Below, in pieces: positions 1-10,339 of a stretch of 64,000 nucleotides of DNA (positions are counted from its first letter, which is position 1; each line of letters begins with the position of its first letter). A program made the position numbers and the translations under genes. The notes under the pieces were generated by a model. The model was not told where the DNA came from. It did no database searches and was given only the letters and a program-made list of their open reading frames with translations. This DNA comes from Trueperaceae bacterium (GTDB lineage: Bacteria > Deinococcota > Deinococci > Deinococcales > Trueperaceae), in assembly GCA_965215565.1 (NCBI GenBank), contig CBDCDZ010000004.1, positions 3,424,001 to 3,488,000 on the forward strand, read 5' to 3'.

Positions 1-61
1 TATTTTCACACATTTGTCGGTATGGAATCTTACACTCTTTGTGAAGTCCTTAACGAGACCC

Positions 62-1027
62 TTACCGGGGTGTCGCGCCGAGCCGCTCCAGCGCTCTGGT
101 AGCGGGTTCGAACGTCGGATCGGCGGCGAGCGCGGCGTCGTAGTTGGCGGCGGCTTCTCTGAGTTCGCCGAGCGCCTCATACGCCTCTCCTAAGCCGTAA
201 AACGCTTCGACGTAGGCGGGCGAAGGGAGCGCGTTATCCGCGCCACCATCCGCTAAGCTCGCGTTATCTAGCACGTTGAGGGCATCGTTCCACATCTTAA
301 TCGATTCTTCATAGTCGCCGCTGAGGGCTAGGAGCTTGGCGCGGTGCAGGTGTGACCAGGGCTCGAGCGTCCCTTCGGGGGTCGCGGCGGCGGCTTCGTA
401 AGCCCTTAACGCACGTTCGAAGTTGCCCGCTTGCCAAGCGACGCGCCCCAAGTCCATCGCGACGCTGTAGGAGGGGGCTTGCTCTAGGGTGGCCTCGAGC
501 AGCGTTTGCGCCCTTATGAGGTCGCCACGGGCGGCGGCGATGAGGGCTTCGAGCTGGGTATATGCGGGTTTCGCGGCACTTAGCGAGAGAACGCGCTCCA
601 ACTGCGTCTCAGCCGTGGCGAGGTCGCCCGTCAGGTAGAGCGCTCTCGCATAGAGGTAGTGTGCCTCGGCGCTCTCCGGTAGCGCCTGGACGAGTTCTGG
701 ACCCTCGACTTGTGCGGCGAGTGCGTAGAGCCCCTCTTGGAGCAGCGTGCGCATCTCGTCCAAAGAGGTAGTAGGTGCTTGCGCGAAGGTTAAGGGTACT
801 GCGCAGAGGAGGAGCCCAAGCGCAAGGTGACGCCGAAGCGCTCTGAGAACGGCGCAGAGCGGTCTCTTCAGACACTCTAGGCGCGTTCCCAGAGACCGCA
901 TCGCGTCAGCGTAGGTGAGGTTGCGCGCTGCCTCACGTGCGCTCTCACTGACCGTTGAATGAAGAGACGCCTTGACTGGCTCCCTTCTCAGCCCGGTGTA
1001 AGGACGTTTAGCCCGGCTCATAATCAC
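62..1027 (-). CDS. Tetratricopeptide-repeat protein, probably exported; true start likely downstream of 1027
   Basis: Repeated TPR-like helices (AHYLYARALYLTGD, AFYGLGEAYEALGE); signal-peptide-like segment LALGLLLCAVPLTFAQA. Confidence 0.75.
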   Translation of the reverse strand: MIMSRAKRPYTGLRREPVKASLHSTVSESAREAARNLTYADAMRSLGTRLECLKRPLCAVLRALRRHLALGLLLCAVPLTFAQAPTTSLDEMRTLLQEGLYALAAQVEGPELVQALPESAEAHYLYARALYLTGDLATAETQLERVLSLSAAKPAYTQLEALIAAARGDLIRAQTLLEATLEQAPSYSVAMDLGRVAWQAGNFERALRAYEAAAATPEGTLEPWSHLHRAKLLALSGDYEESIKMWNDALNVLDNASLADGGADNALPSPAYVEAFYGLGEAYEALGELREAAANYDAALAADPTFEPATRALERLGATPR

Positions 1028-1074
1028 CTATTCTAGCGTTCTCATATGAGCGCACCGCAAAAGCTGAGCCGCAC

Positions 1075-1980
1075 TTACGCGGTTTCCTTTTCGGACCTGT
1101 TCTCGGGCTCGTTCTCAGACCTGTTCTCAGTCTCCTTCTCGGCGTAGTCGGGGTTCGCCCGCACGTCGGGCTTGCGCGGGTACGTCGCCGCGTCCACGGC
1201 GCGTTCCGCGAAGCGTTCGTCGCCTTCACGCTCCTTCCAAACCCTCGGTTTGGCGGGGACGCCCAAGCCCACCACGTGCGGCTCGAAGTCTCGGGTGGCG
1301 AGCGCGAACGCGCCCATCATGCTGTCGTCGCTGAGCACGGTGCCCGCCAGTACCGTCGCGTGATAGGCGACGCGCACCCCCTTACCGATGACGGTCTCTT
1401 TCAAGGTGACGTCGGGTACGTCTAGGATGCTATGCGTGTGGCTGTAGACGTTGACGTAGTCGGAGAGGCTCGCGTTGTCAAAGAGCTTCACGCCGCCGAT
1501 ATCGTCGATGAACACGTGCCGGTGGATCGTCACGTCGTCGCCCGCTTCGATGTTGTAGCCCACCGACACCTCGACGTTCTGAAAAATTTTGAGGTTTTTG
1601 CCGGCGCGCGCAAAGATACGCTCGGCGAGCATCCGCCGCAAGCGCACGCCGCTCTCCACCGATTGACCGAGCGGGGTCTGGTCTAAGCTTTTCCAGAGCC
1701 ACAGGAGCGGTTTGACCTGAGCGAACTTCGCCTGGTCCGTCGCGACGTAGTGCTCCGCCTCGAAGGTGACGTTGCGCGGGTCTAAAGCGAGCGCGGCGAT
1801 GGGCGAAGCGGCTTCGACGTCGGCGTAGCTTTTGGCGTACATGACGTGCGCGAGAACGTCGCGCACCACCTCGTTGCGGTCTAAACCGGCGTCGTCGAGC
1901 CTCTCGGCGAGACTGCCGATGAAGTGGGTGAGCGCTTTCTCCGCGTGGCTGGGGAGTGAGCGGGGAATGAGCCAAGGCAC
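1075..1980 (-). CDS. Hexapeptide-repeat (left-handed beta-helix) acyltransferase
   Basis: LbH repeats (NIEAGDDVTI, TVIGKGVRVAYHATVLAG) and GVPAKP motif; leaderless-type TAAGGT-N6-GTG start. Confidence 0.85.
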   Translation of the reverse strand: MPWLIPRSLPSHAEKALTHFIGSLAERLDDAGLDRNEVVRDVLAHVMYAKSYADVEAASPIAALALDPRNVTFEAEHYVATDQAKFAQVKPLLWLWKSLDQTPLGQSVESGVRLRRMLAERIFARAGKNLKIFQNVEVSVGYNIEAGDDVTIHRHVFIDDIGGVKLFDNASLSDYVNVYSHTHSILDVPDVTLKETVIGKGVRVAYHATVLAGTVLSDDSMMGAFALATRDFEPHVVGLGVPAKPRVWKEREGDERFAERAVDAATYPRKPDVRANPDYAEKETENRSENEPENRSEKETA

Positions 1981-2064
1981 ACGTTCACCTTAGCGTCATG
2001 AAGCTATAGGTGCGGGTAGCTTGGCTGACGCAGAGGAATAGGGCGCGGGTAGAACAGCTCGAGC

Positions 2065-2685
2065 TTACAAGCGTACCCCTGTAACGCCCGCGTCGGCGTC
2101 GCTGAGCACCGTGACTTGCCGCCCCAAGACCTCGGCGGCGCGTTCGCCCAAATCAGGGGCGGGCTCGAGTCCAGCCGCGCTCACGAGCACCGGACGCGCT
2201 TGCAGCGCCACGCTGTGATTCCTTTCCAAACGCGCCATGAGCGACTCGAAAGACCAGTCCGCTACCCAGATATTTTTGAGCGCGATGAGCGCGGGGCGTC
2301 CGCGCGTCGCGGTGACGCCCGCGTCTTCGCTCACCTGACCGGGACGGCGCACGCGCACGCGGCTCGGCAGAGGCGCGAGACCTTCGTAGAAGAGGTCGAT
2401 AGCACCGTCGAGCAGGAAGTGCGCCTTGAGGAGCCCCTGCGCTTCGGGGGCCAACTCCTCGATGTCGTCCTCATCGGGATTGCTGAGGTCGAGCCCGCGA
2501 AAGAGGGCGTTAAGTTGCGCGGGCAGGTTGTTGGTGCGGTAAAAGGTCTCTTCGACCTCAGCCGGGACGACGCGCAGCGGTGCGAGGGTGAGACCGGCGT
2601 CGCTCAACCTCTGCAGGGCGGAGAGTTCGGGCTCGAGCTGCGGCGTTTCGCCCAGCGTGACGAGTGTGCGAGAGGAGGTCACCAT
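2065..2685 (-). CDS. Conserved hypothetical protein (distantly PEP/pyruvate-binding-domain-like)
   Basis: 206-aa ORF with genome-typical codon use; TATGAT -10 just upstream of the ATG; family resemblance is weak inference. Confidence 0.6.
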   Translation of the reverse strand: MVTSSRTLVTLGETPQLEPELSALQRLSDAGLTLAPLRVVPAEVEETFYRTNNLPAQLNALFRGLDLSNPDEDDIEELAPEAQGLLKAHFLLDGAIDLFYEGLAPLPSRVRVRRPGQVSEDAGVTATRGRPALIALKNIWVADWSFESLMARLERNHSVALQARPVLVSAAGLEPAPDLGERAAEVLGRQVTVLSDADAGVTGVRL

Positions 2686-2751
2686 AGGGAGGCATCATAC
2701 CAGTAAAGCCGCGCTTCACCTCGAGCCTCATCTCGGTGATACACTAAAGAG

Positions 2752-4035
2752 GTGTTGACGAAGCGCCGTACCGGAAAAGGCCGTAGACTCGCCAAAGGGC
2801 TCCGCCTCCTCCTCATCGTCGTGCTGCTGCTCGCGCTAGCGGGGCTCATCGCGGCGCTAGGGAGTCGCTACTTGGAGGTAGCCGAGGTGCGCGTCCCCGA
2901 GGTGGTCGGGGCTGACTTCAGCGCTGCGCAGCGGGCGCTGCGCCAGGTTGGTTTGAACGCTGCACCTTATAACGAGAACGTGCCGGGCGCAGCCGTCGAC
3001 AGCGTGACCGCGCAGAGCCCCGAAGCGGGCGTCACCGTGCGCCGCGGGCGCAGCGTCAGCGTAGGTGTGCACACGCCGCCGGGCGACACGCGCGTCCCGA
3101 GTCTGGTGGGTCTCTTACAGAGTGGCCTCACCACGCAGCTTTCTGACCGGGGCTTGCAACTCGGCGAGGTGAGTTACCAGTACAGCGACAGACCCGAGGG
3201 TCAGATCATCGCCCAGTCACCGGACGCGGGCGGCTTGCTCGGCGCGGGCAGCGGCGTCGACGTCGTCGTGAGCCGCGGGCAAGAGGAGCGCGAGGCGGAG
3301 TTGCCCAACCTCGTAGGTTTACCTTTAGAGGAGGCGAAGCGGCGCTTAGAAGGTCTCGGCTTTCGCCGCGTCGAAGAGGTCGCGACGCGCTTAGGGCGCG
3401 CGGGGGTCAACGCGCAGAGCCCGCGTCCCGGCGAGCGCGCGCAGGTGAGTGCGCCCGTCACCCTCTACTACACCTTTAGTGGCGGACAAGTGGTGCGTGT
3501 TCCTAACGTGAAGGGGTTGCCTGTGGAGCAAGCTGAAAGAGCGCTCCGCGCCGCCGGTCTCAACGTCGTGTGGGTCAACGAGGACCCTTATGACCCCGCC
3601 CAACCTCCCGGCGTCTCAGAAGTCAACCCGAGCCGTTACACGCTGCGCGGCACGCCCGTCGCGCTCCGCGTGAACGGCTCCGCGGGCTCGTTCCGGCCAC
3701 GCCCGCCGCAGACGAACGCGGGTCAAGAGGGCGCGCGGCAGAGACCGAGGCAGGGTACACAGGCAGAGGGCGGCAACGGAGGTGAGCAGCCCAACGCTCA
3801 GCGTGGCGATGGGCGCAGTATCCCCGTGAACTTCGACCCCAGCATCTACGGCTCGTTTCTGCGCGGCAAACCTTATGAATTTCGCTTAGACGTAACCGAC
3901 GCCGCCGGCGAACGCACCGTCATCAGCCGCTCGATGCCCGCCGACGAACCCATCAATGACTCTGTAGAGGTCTACGGCGAAGCCGAACTGCGCATGTTTA
4001 TCGACGGGCAAATCGTGTTGGCGTTCAACCCTTAA
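2752..4035 (+). CDS. Membrane-anchored PASTA-domain protein
   Basis: N-terminal TM helix followed by four PASTA repeats (VPEVVG, VPSLVG, LPNLVG, VPNVKG; QSP motifs). Confidence 0.9.
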   Translation: MLTKRRTGKGRRLAKGLRLLLIVVLLLALAGLIAALGSRYLEVAEVRVPEVVGADFSAAQRALRQVGLNAAPYNENVPGAAVDSVTAQSPEAGVTVRRGRSVSVGVHTPPGDTRVPSLVGLLQSGLTTQLSDRGLQLGEVSYQYSDRPEGQIIAQSPDAGGLLGAGSGVDVVVSRGQEEREAELPNLVGLPLEEAKRRLEGLGFRRVEEVATRLGRAGVNAQSPRPGERAQVSAPVTLYYTFSGGQVVRVPNVKGLPVEQAERALRAAGLNVVWVNEDPYDPAQPPGVSEVNPSRYTLRGTPVALRVNGSAGSFRPRPPQTNAGQEGARQRPRQGTQAEGGNGGEQPNAQRGDGRSIPVNFDPSIYGSFLRGKPYEFRLDVTDAAGERTVISRSMPADEPINDSVEVYGEAELRMFIDGQIVLAFNP

Positions 4036-4056
4036 AACCGTTCTACTTTCAATTAA

Positions 4057-4089
4057 GTCAGCGCCGCCTCAGCTCGAGGCGGCGCTGAC
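4057..4089. terminator. GC-rich hairpin after the PASTA gene
   Basis: gtcagcgccgcctc...gaggcggcgctgac inverted repeat. Confidence 0.6.
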
Positions 4090-4174
4090 CTCTTGAGGGT
4101 TGACTATCTCGGAGCTGGTACTGCTCAACCTCTTCAACACACAGTGAACCTTCTTAGGTGACAGAGCACATGGC

Positions 4175-4203
4175 GTAGGGGTGGGTTTCAAACCCACCCC
4201 TAC
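4175..4203. repeat. REP-like palindrome with GTAG end
   Basis: gtaggggtgggtttcaaacccacccctac; related tgtaggggc...gcccctaca at 58168-58209. Confidence 0.65.
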
Positions 4204-4400
4204 TGAATTGCCTCTTTCTGTGGCGCTCACGTTCACTAAAAGTCCTCACGACTCAGCGCCGTACCAAGAAATTCACATTTGTAGTGCATCACCCAATTGG
4301 GGGTAGTGGGCTCTGCGCCGCTCCGTCATCATGCGGAGAGGCAGACGCCAATCTCATGCGAGGTGATTTTTGACATGGACCCAACCCTAAGGACTTTTCC

Positions 4401-4853
4401 GTGACGCGGCAAGGCTTCTCTATCTTAGAGCTGCTCGTTGTGATGGCTGTTGCTGGCATCATTATGGGCATCGCGGCGCTGAACCTCAAGCCGCTGCAAG
4501 GCGACCTGCAAAACAGCACGAGCAACCTAGCAGGTCACATGAAGAAGGTGCGCGCCAGAGCGATGGCGAGCACGTCGGCGTATCACATCGTCTACGTGTC
4601 GCCGAGCGAACTCCGCGCCGAGGTCAGCGTGCGGTGCTCGGACAACTCCAACACCTGGCAAGACGCGCCGGGCTTCGGCTTCGTCCTCGAAGAGCCCATC
4701 ACACTAGTCAACAACCTTAACGAAGGTGACGAAATGGTTTGCTTCTCGAGCCGCGGTCTAGGGAATGCGAGCCCAACCTTTACGCTCCGCGACGACAAGG
4801 GCAAGACGCGCCGAATTGAGCTGTTTAGAGGTGGGGCGGTGGAGGTTCGATGA
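4401..4853 (+). CDS. Type IV pilin-like protein (FimT/GspH-like), cluster 1
   Basis: Class III signal peptide QG|FSILELLVVMAV. Confidence 0.9.
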   Translation: MTRQGFSILELLVVMAVAGIIMGIAALNLKPLQGDLQNSTSNLAGHMKKVRARAMASTSAYHIVYVSPSELRAEVSVRCSDNSNTWQDAPGFGFVLEEPITLVNNLNEGDEMVCFSSRGLGNASPTFTLRDDKGKTRRIELFRGGAVEVR

Positions 4854-5265
4854 ACACGTCCATGAACACCTCTATGAACGCCCGTGGCTTCAGTCTTATC
4901 GAGGCGCTTATCGCCCTGTCCATCCTCTCAGTAGTGCTCGCCAGTGTCGTTCCGCTCTTCATCACCTTTTCCCGGAGCAATCTGGATAGCCAGCGCCGCA
5001 CGGAAGCGATTGCGGTGGCGCAGATGGTGGTGGACGAACTGCGCCAACAGTCCTTCGAGCAGTGGCCCGAATCTATGGCCTGACCCGGACGGTGTGAAAT
5101 CCCGCTCGAGCGGTCACGAAGATACCCTTTACGACGCAAGAATTTCATACTGCACAGCGGACCTGCCCCTGTGCGGCTCCGGTGCCAGACATACCCGAGT
5201 GGAGGTGGTGAAAGATGGCAGAGACGTACTATCAAGTCGAAACGGTCTACACGCAGTTCGATGTC
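4850..5265 (+). pseudogene. PilV-like minor pilin, frameshifted
   Basis: RG|FSLIEALIAL N-terminus; frame breaks near 5075-5083 and continues in another frame (YCTADLPLCGSGARHTRVEV); end coordinate approximate. Confidence 0.7.
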
Positions 5266-6221
5266 CCGCAGGACTAGCGGTGTCACCCTCATCGAGCTGC
5301 TCATCTCGGTGGCGGTAGGGCTCATCATTATTACGTCGGCGTTTGGGCTCACTATGTCGAACCGCCAACTCCTAGCCGTTGACCAAGAGCGCACCGAAGT
5401 CAACCAAAACTTGCGCAGCGCCCTCGATATCATCGGCGCGGACGTGCGCGTGACGGGCGAGCGCTTGGGCTCGACGGGCGTACCTGCGATGGCGGTGCGC
5501 AACGGCAACGAGCTAGTCTTGCGCCGTTCGGTGCACGACGACGTGATGCCCGCGTGCAGCGATTCTACCGATTATCCCACGATTTATGATCATCAGCTTT
5601 TCCTGCGAAAGGCAACGAAACCCGAACTTCCCAGAATGCTCGACGGACATCGCCCGTGACAGTAAAAGAGGGTTTATCAGACGGAGTCGTGTACGAGATG
5701 GCAGCGACGGCATACCCGACGACGCTCCATTACTGGCATGGACTAAAAACGAGAATGGTGGAACACTTCCAGCTTACATCTACAGCCAAGGGACGGTGAC
5801 AAGGCGAAGTTCCTTTAGCGTTAATAGATGATGGCGAAGCTAAGGTCAAAGGTCTAAAGCAAAGGTAAAGGTGGAGCTATTTCGAAGGTATAGCCATCGC
5901 GACGGTTCTTGGGTAAAAAGATTACAACATGCTCGAGCAGAACAGTATCTACCTCTTAGAGGAGCGGCGCTACCGCCTCAACGACGACGGCGTGCTCGAG
6001 CTTGTCCTCAACGATGACGGCAACAACGTGCAGCGCGTGGTCAACGGCTTGGGCGAGTTCAACATCACTGCAATCCTCAATGATGACAGCGGCACTCTGA
6101 CTTCGGCGAAGTTGCGGGCGAAAACTGGAAAGACCTAAAAGCCATCGAAATCGAACTCAAGAGTGAAGAGGGGCGCACGCTCAGCTCGCAATTCTTCCCA
6201 CGTAACGCGCTCTCGCGTTAA
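5261..6221 (+). pseudogene. PilW-like minor pilin, several frameshifts
   Basis: SG|VTLIELLISV N-terminus; pieces in different frames; C-terminus FFPRNALSR* mirrors AYPRNALLP* of the paralog at 8513-9298. Confidence 0.7.
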
Positions 6222-6245
6222 GGCAAGTTAAGGAGACAAGGTAAG

Positions 6246-8163
6246 ATGAAACAAACCAACCGACAACACGGCTTCGCGCTTATCACGGTGCTCATCATGC
6301 TCGTGGTCTTTATGGCGCTCGTCACCGCCTACTTCACGCTGACGGGTATCGAGCTGTCGACGACGGCCTCGAGCGCGGCTAGCACTAGCGGCTTCTACGC
6401 CTCAGAAGGTGGGCTAAACGTACGCGGTGAGGCAATTCGCCAGACCTTCTTGGACTACAACCAGCCGGAAGGTTTAGCCGTAGACGAAGACACCGCCTGC
6501 CAAGACTCGAGCGACTTCGAAGCGCCTGAAAGCGACGACTACGCCTGCCGCCAAACCACCATCGGCGGACGCAACGTCATCACCTACGTCACCGAGGACG
6601 AGGACAACAACGATGGTAGAATCATCCGTATCCCCAACAGTGAGACCTTCGGCGGTCTCAACGCCATCCAGAACCGCTACGACGTTCACTCCGAGGCGCG
6701 CAACCCGCGTGACAACACCCTAGAAGCGCGCACCATGATGACCTTTCGCAGCCGCTTGGTGCCCGTCTTTCAGTTCGCCGCGTTCTACAACAAAGACTTA
6801 GAAATCGCGCCGGGCGCTGACATGACCCTAAACGGGCGCGTCCACGTCAATGGTGACCTCTACACAAACGCGAACAACACGCTGCACCATCACAGGTAAA
6901 GTGACGACTGCCGAGCGCGAAAATGGCGAGGGAGGCAACTTCTACCGTGGGCGTAAAGACAGAAATAGTTGTGGTGGCACGGTGCGCGTCGGGGACGCAA
7001 ATTCGAACACAAACCCTGACCCAGCGGTTGAGTGCAAGGATGGTGATCGTGAGGGTAGAGTTTCTCAAGACACGCTCGACGCTTGGAACGAACAGATTAA
7101 AACAGGACTCGAGAACTTGAGTGTTCCCAAAGTTGACGCCTTTAATCCTGGTGGGGAGTACTGGGACCAAGCTGACTTGCGCATCGCTTATGACGTAGAA
7201 AACGAATAGAATCATCGTGCCACAAAGAAATATCGTCGCCAACCAAATTCAAGCTGGACGGGACGGCATCAAACGCACTTCAAGCCTGTCAAAACGCTAA
7301 CTCCGACTCGCCAACCCTGGAATGGGGGAGCTGCCCCGCCTATCTCCAATGCGGTCGCTGTTTCGAATAGTCTTCCGTGATAGGCGTGAAGGTAACAATG
7401 GTAGAAAAATCATGCTCGAGATCGACGTTCAGGCCCTCTCTGCGCTGCATGAGCGACAACCCGCTTATGTGGAGCAACAACCCCAACAGTGACATCGACG
7501 AAACGTCGCAGGGTGGTCTGGTTATCTACGCTACTGTGTTCGATAATAGTGCTAACCCTCGTGGCAACCCTATCAATAACTACGGCGTCCGCGTGCGTAA
7601 CGGTGACCAGCTTCGCTCCAGCGATCCGAGCCACCCTCAAATCCAAGGCTTGACGTTCGCTACCGACCAAGCGATGTATGTTCAAGGCGACTACAACCGC
7701 GATGACCGTCCCGGTGACCTGGAGACCTGCGAGCTTCTTGGCGGACTCGCTCAATATCCTCTCGAGTGCTTGGACTAACGATACAAACAGCAACGGAGGA
7801 CTCGGCAACCGCGTTGCTAAGGATACAGAGATCAACGCAGCCTTCCTCGCTGGTACTGACTCCACTGGCAACGAAGAAGGTACAGGCGGACAAGGCGGCG
7901 ACTACAACGGCGGTTTAGAGAACTATCCTCGCCTCCATGAAAGGTGGTCAGGTAGAACGCTGACCTACAAAGGCTCTTTCGTGAGCTTCGATAAGCCACA
8001 ACACGTGAACGGCAAATGGGGACTCGGCGACGTCTATAAGGCCGCCCAAACGCAACTGGAGCTACGACACGCGCTTCAACAACGCCGAGCACTCCTGCCC
8101 CCGATGGCACCCCGCTTCGTCTACTTGCAGCAAGAGCGCTTCGTACGCGACTTCGAGAGATAA
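6246..8163 (+). pseudogene. PilX/ComZ-like pilus-associated protein, multiply frameshifted
   Basis: HG|FALITVLIML N-terminus, FYASEGGL, GRVHVNG; later fragments (GGLENYPRLHERW, LPPMAPRFVY) lie in successive different frames. Confidence 0.75.
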
Positions 8164-8186
8164 ATCCAAATTCAAAAAACGTAGCG

Positions 8187-8213
8187 GCGCGGTAGGGTCC
8201 AACCCTGCCGCGC
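8187..8213 (+). terminator. Hairpin after pilin cluster 1
   Basis: gcgcggtaggg-tccaa-ccctgccgcgc. Confidence 0.6.
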
Positions 8214-8512
8214 TTCCTCGTTCCTACTGAGTTGGAGCTTCTTATGGGTGCTCGCTGCTCTATAGTTTACGCTCTGCTCGCCACTCGCTCTAAGTGCACT
8301 TCGAAAATTTGTGCGAGCGCTGAGGTAAAGAGGTGGTTTATTCATGCACTCCTACACATCACCCCTTATCACGCTCAATCTCGCCAACAGAAGAGGTTGC
8401 AACCTCTTTTTTACGTCGTGGCGTCCGAAATGCAAGAGGATTGGAGCGTATGCCAGCCATTGCAACTTCTGGAGCAACCCACTCACGCTCATATAAGAGG
8501 TTGACGCTCAGT

Positions 8513-9298
8513 TCAGGGTAATAGCGCGTTGCGCGGGTAGGCGCGTACGCTCAAGAGGGGCAGCTCGAGCCTCCGCCCACGCTGCACGCGCCCCATCCGC
8601 AAGTTCAGCTCAACGGAGCCGTCCGCCTTGAAGACGAAGAGGGGCGGCTGCCCCTCCTCTGTGGGTTGCGCGTAGTCCACCAAAATCTGCGCAGTGCTAC
8701 CGCCCAACCCCCTGAGAACAACGCTCGGGTCGGGGGGAGACCTGAGCCTGTTGCCTGCGCGGTTGACCCCGTCGTAGACGTGTTGGCGGTACTCCATGAG
8801 GAGCCAGGCGTCATCGTTGGCGGGGTCTGGCTGCGGGGCGTACTTGGGGTTCGCCTCGTCCATGAAGACGCCGCGCTCGAGGGGGTAGTAGGCGTAGAAC
8901 ATGTAGCACATGTCTCTGTGATCCCTATTGCACGTCGTTACGTCTGCGTCCGAGGAGCCTTTGGGCGGCGCGAGCAGCGCGATAACGGGGTCCGCGCCTA
9001 CCGTCCAACTTTGCGCGCCGCGCACCGTGTTGCGAGTTCGCATCGTGTTCGTCATGGCGAAGCGCGTGCCCGGCGGGTAGATGTGCGAGGCTCCTTTGAG
9101 CCTCGAGACGATGAGCTGTTGCGCGATCTGACCCTCACTGAGGAGTTCGTTGCGGGCGTCTATCGTCGCGGAGGCGCGGAGCGAGCTGCCGAAGAGCTGC
9201 GTAAACGCGAGCAGGATGACGCCCATGATCGCTATTGCGATAAGAACCTCGAGCAGCGTGAGCCCGCGCCGACTTAGGTTGTGGGAGCGCGGGCTCAC
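8513..9298 (-). CDS. PilW-like minor pilin, cluster 2
   Basis: RG|LTLLEVLIAI class III signal; C-terminal PRN motif. Confidence 0.88.
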   Translation of the reverse strand: MSPRSHNLSRRGLTLLEVLIAIAIMGVILLAFTQLFGSSLRASATIDARNELLSEGQIAQQLIVSRLKGASHIYPPGTRFAMTNTMRTRNTVRGAQSWTVGADPVIALLAPPKGSSDADVTTCNRDHRDMCYMFYAYYPLERGVFMDEANPKYAPQPDPANDDAWLLMEYRQHVYDGVNRAGNRLRSPPDPSVVLRGLGGSTAQILVDYAQPTEEGQPPLFVFKADGSVELNLRMGRVQRGRRLELPLLSVRAYPRNALLP

Positions 9299-9831
9299 GG
9301 CCTCGGGACGTCCACGGTGAGCGAGGTGGCGCGACTCGGGTCCGCGTTGCTCGGGTCAGCCGCCATCACGCTGACGGTGACGCGTTTCAGCGGCGGCGGG
9401 TTGAGCGCCCTCGCGCTATATGCGCTGCCGCCGCAGGTGAGGGGGAGCGCCTCGAGCGTCTTCGCATCAGCGTCGAGCGCCCAGACGCTCACCTTGACCT
9501 CGAAGCCTTCGCTAGGGTCCGGGAGGTTCTCTACGCAGTTACGCGCGTAGCGGCTGCGGCTCGCCCGGTGCGCCGCCGCGCTGCGCACCTCTTGTGGGGT
9601 TGGGTTCTGCGGGTCTCTGGCGGATGGATACGCGCGCCACTGCGCCTGAACGTGTTCGATAACCTCTTGCGCTTGCGCCGTAGCGCCCAGCGTCCGGGTG
9701 CTCTCTGCGGTCATCCGAAAGAGTCCGGTCAGCGGGGCGAGAATCGCGGTGGCGAGTACGCCCAGGAGCACCATCGCGACGAGCAATTCGACTAGGGTCA
9801 GCCCCTGTTCAAGGGTCCCCTTAGAGGTCAC
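9295..9831 (-). CDS. PilV-like minor pilin, cluster 2
   Basis: QG|LTLVELLVAM; overlapping stop/start with neighbours. Confidence 0.88.
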   Translation of the reverse strand: MTSKGTLEQGLTLVELLVAMVLLGVLATAILAPLTGLFRMTAESTRTLGATAQAQEVIEHVQAQWRAYPSARDPQNPTPQEVRSAAAHRASRSRYARNCVENLPDPSEGFEVKVSVWALDADAKTLEALPLTCGGSAYSARALNPPPLKRVTVSVMAADPSNADPSRATSLTVDVPRP

Positions 9832-10339
9832 TGACGATCACCTTGCCCGTCACACCGATCACCTTGACGTAGCGCACCTCGTCCGTTCGCGTAGAGGAGA
9901 TGACGAAGCGCCTGTTGAGCGCGCCGCTGACCTCGCCGTAGGGCGCGGTGTAGGAGACCGCGCCGCTGCCGCGTTCAACCTCTACTTGAGCGTCGTGCGG
10001 AAGTTGCCGCGTCGTGGCGACGCCGTTCAAGGTGAGGACGTAGCTCGAGGCGTCCTCACCCAGCGCCACGCTCGCGCTCTGACTGTAGCGCTGCGCCGCG
10101 CTCCTCGCCCGGCGCAGATCAGCGGCGAACTGCACGGTGGCTTCTTGCAGTTGCGCCCTCCGCTGCGCCTCTAGGTAGGGACCTGAACCGAGTGAGGCGA
10201 GGATTCCAATGATGGCGAGCACGATGAGTAGCTCGGTGAGCGTAACGCCCCCTATCCCTATCGTCTTTGCTCCTGTCGTATTTGTCATCATCTTCATCGC
10301 CATCGTTTTCGTCGTTGTCACGGGCGCTCGACTTCCCAC
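9821..10339 (-). CDS. FimT/GspH-like minor pilin, cluster 2 (start uncertain)
   Basis: GG|VTLTELLIVLAIIGIL; C-terminal VIGVTGKV. Confidence 0.85.
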   Translation of the reverse strand: MGSRAPVTTTKTMAMKMMTNTTGAKTIGIGGVTLTELLIVLAIIGILASLGSGPYLEAQRRAQLQEATVQFAADLRRARSAAQRYSQSASVALGEDASSYVLTLNGVATTRQLPHDAQVEVERGSGAVSYTAPYGEVSGALNRRFVISSTRTDEVRYVKVIGVTGKVIVSDL

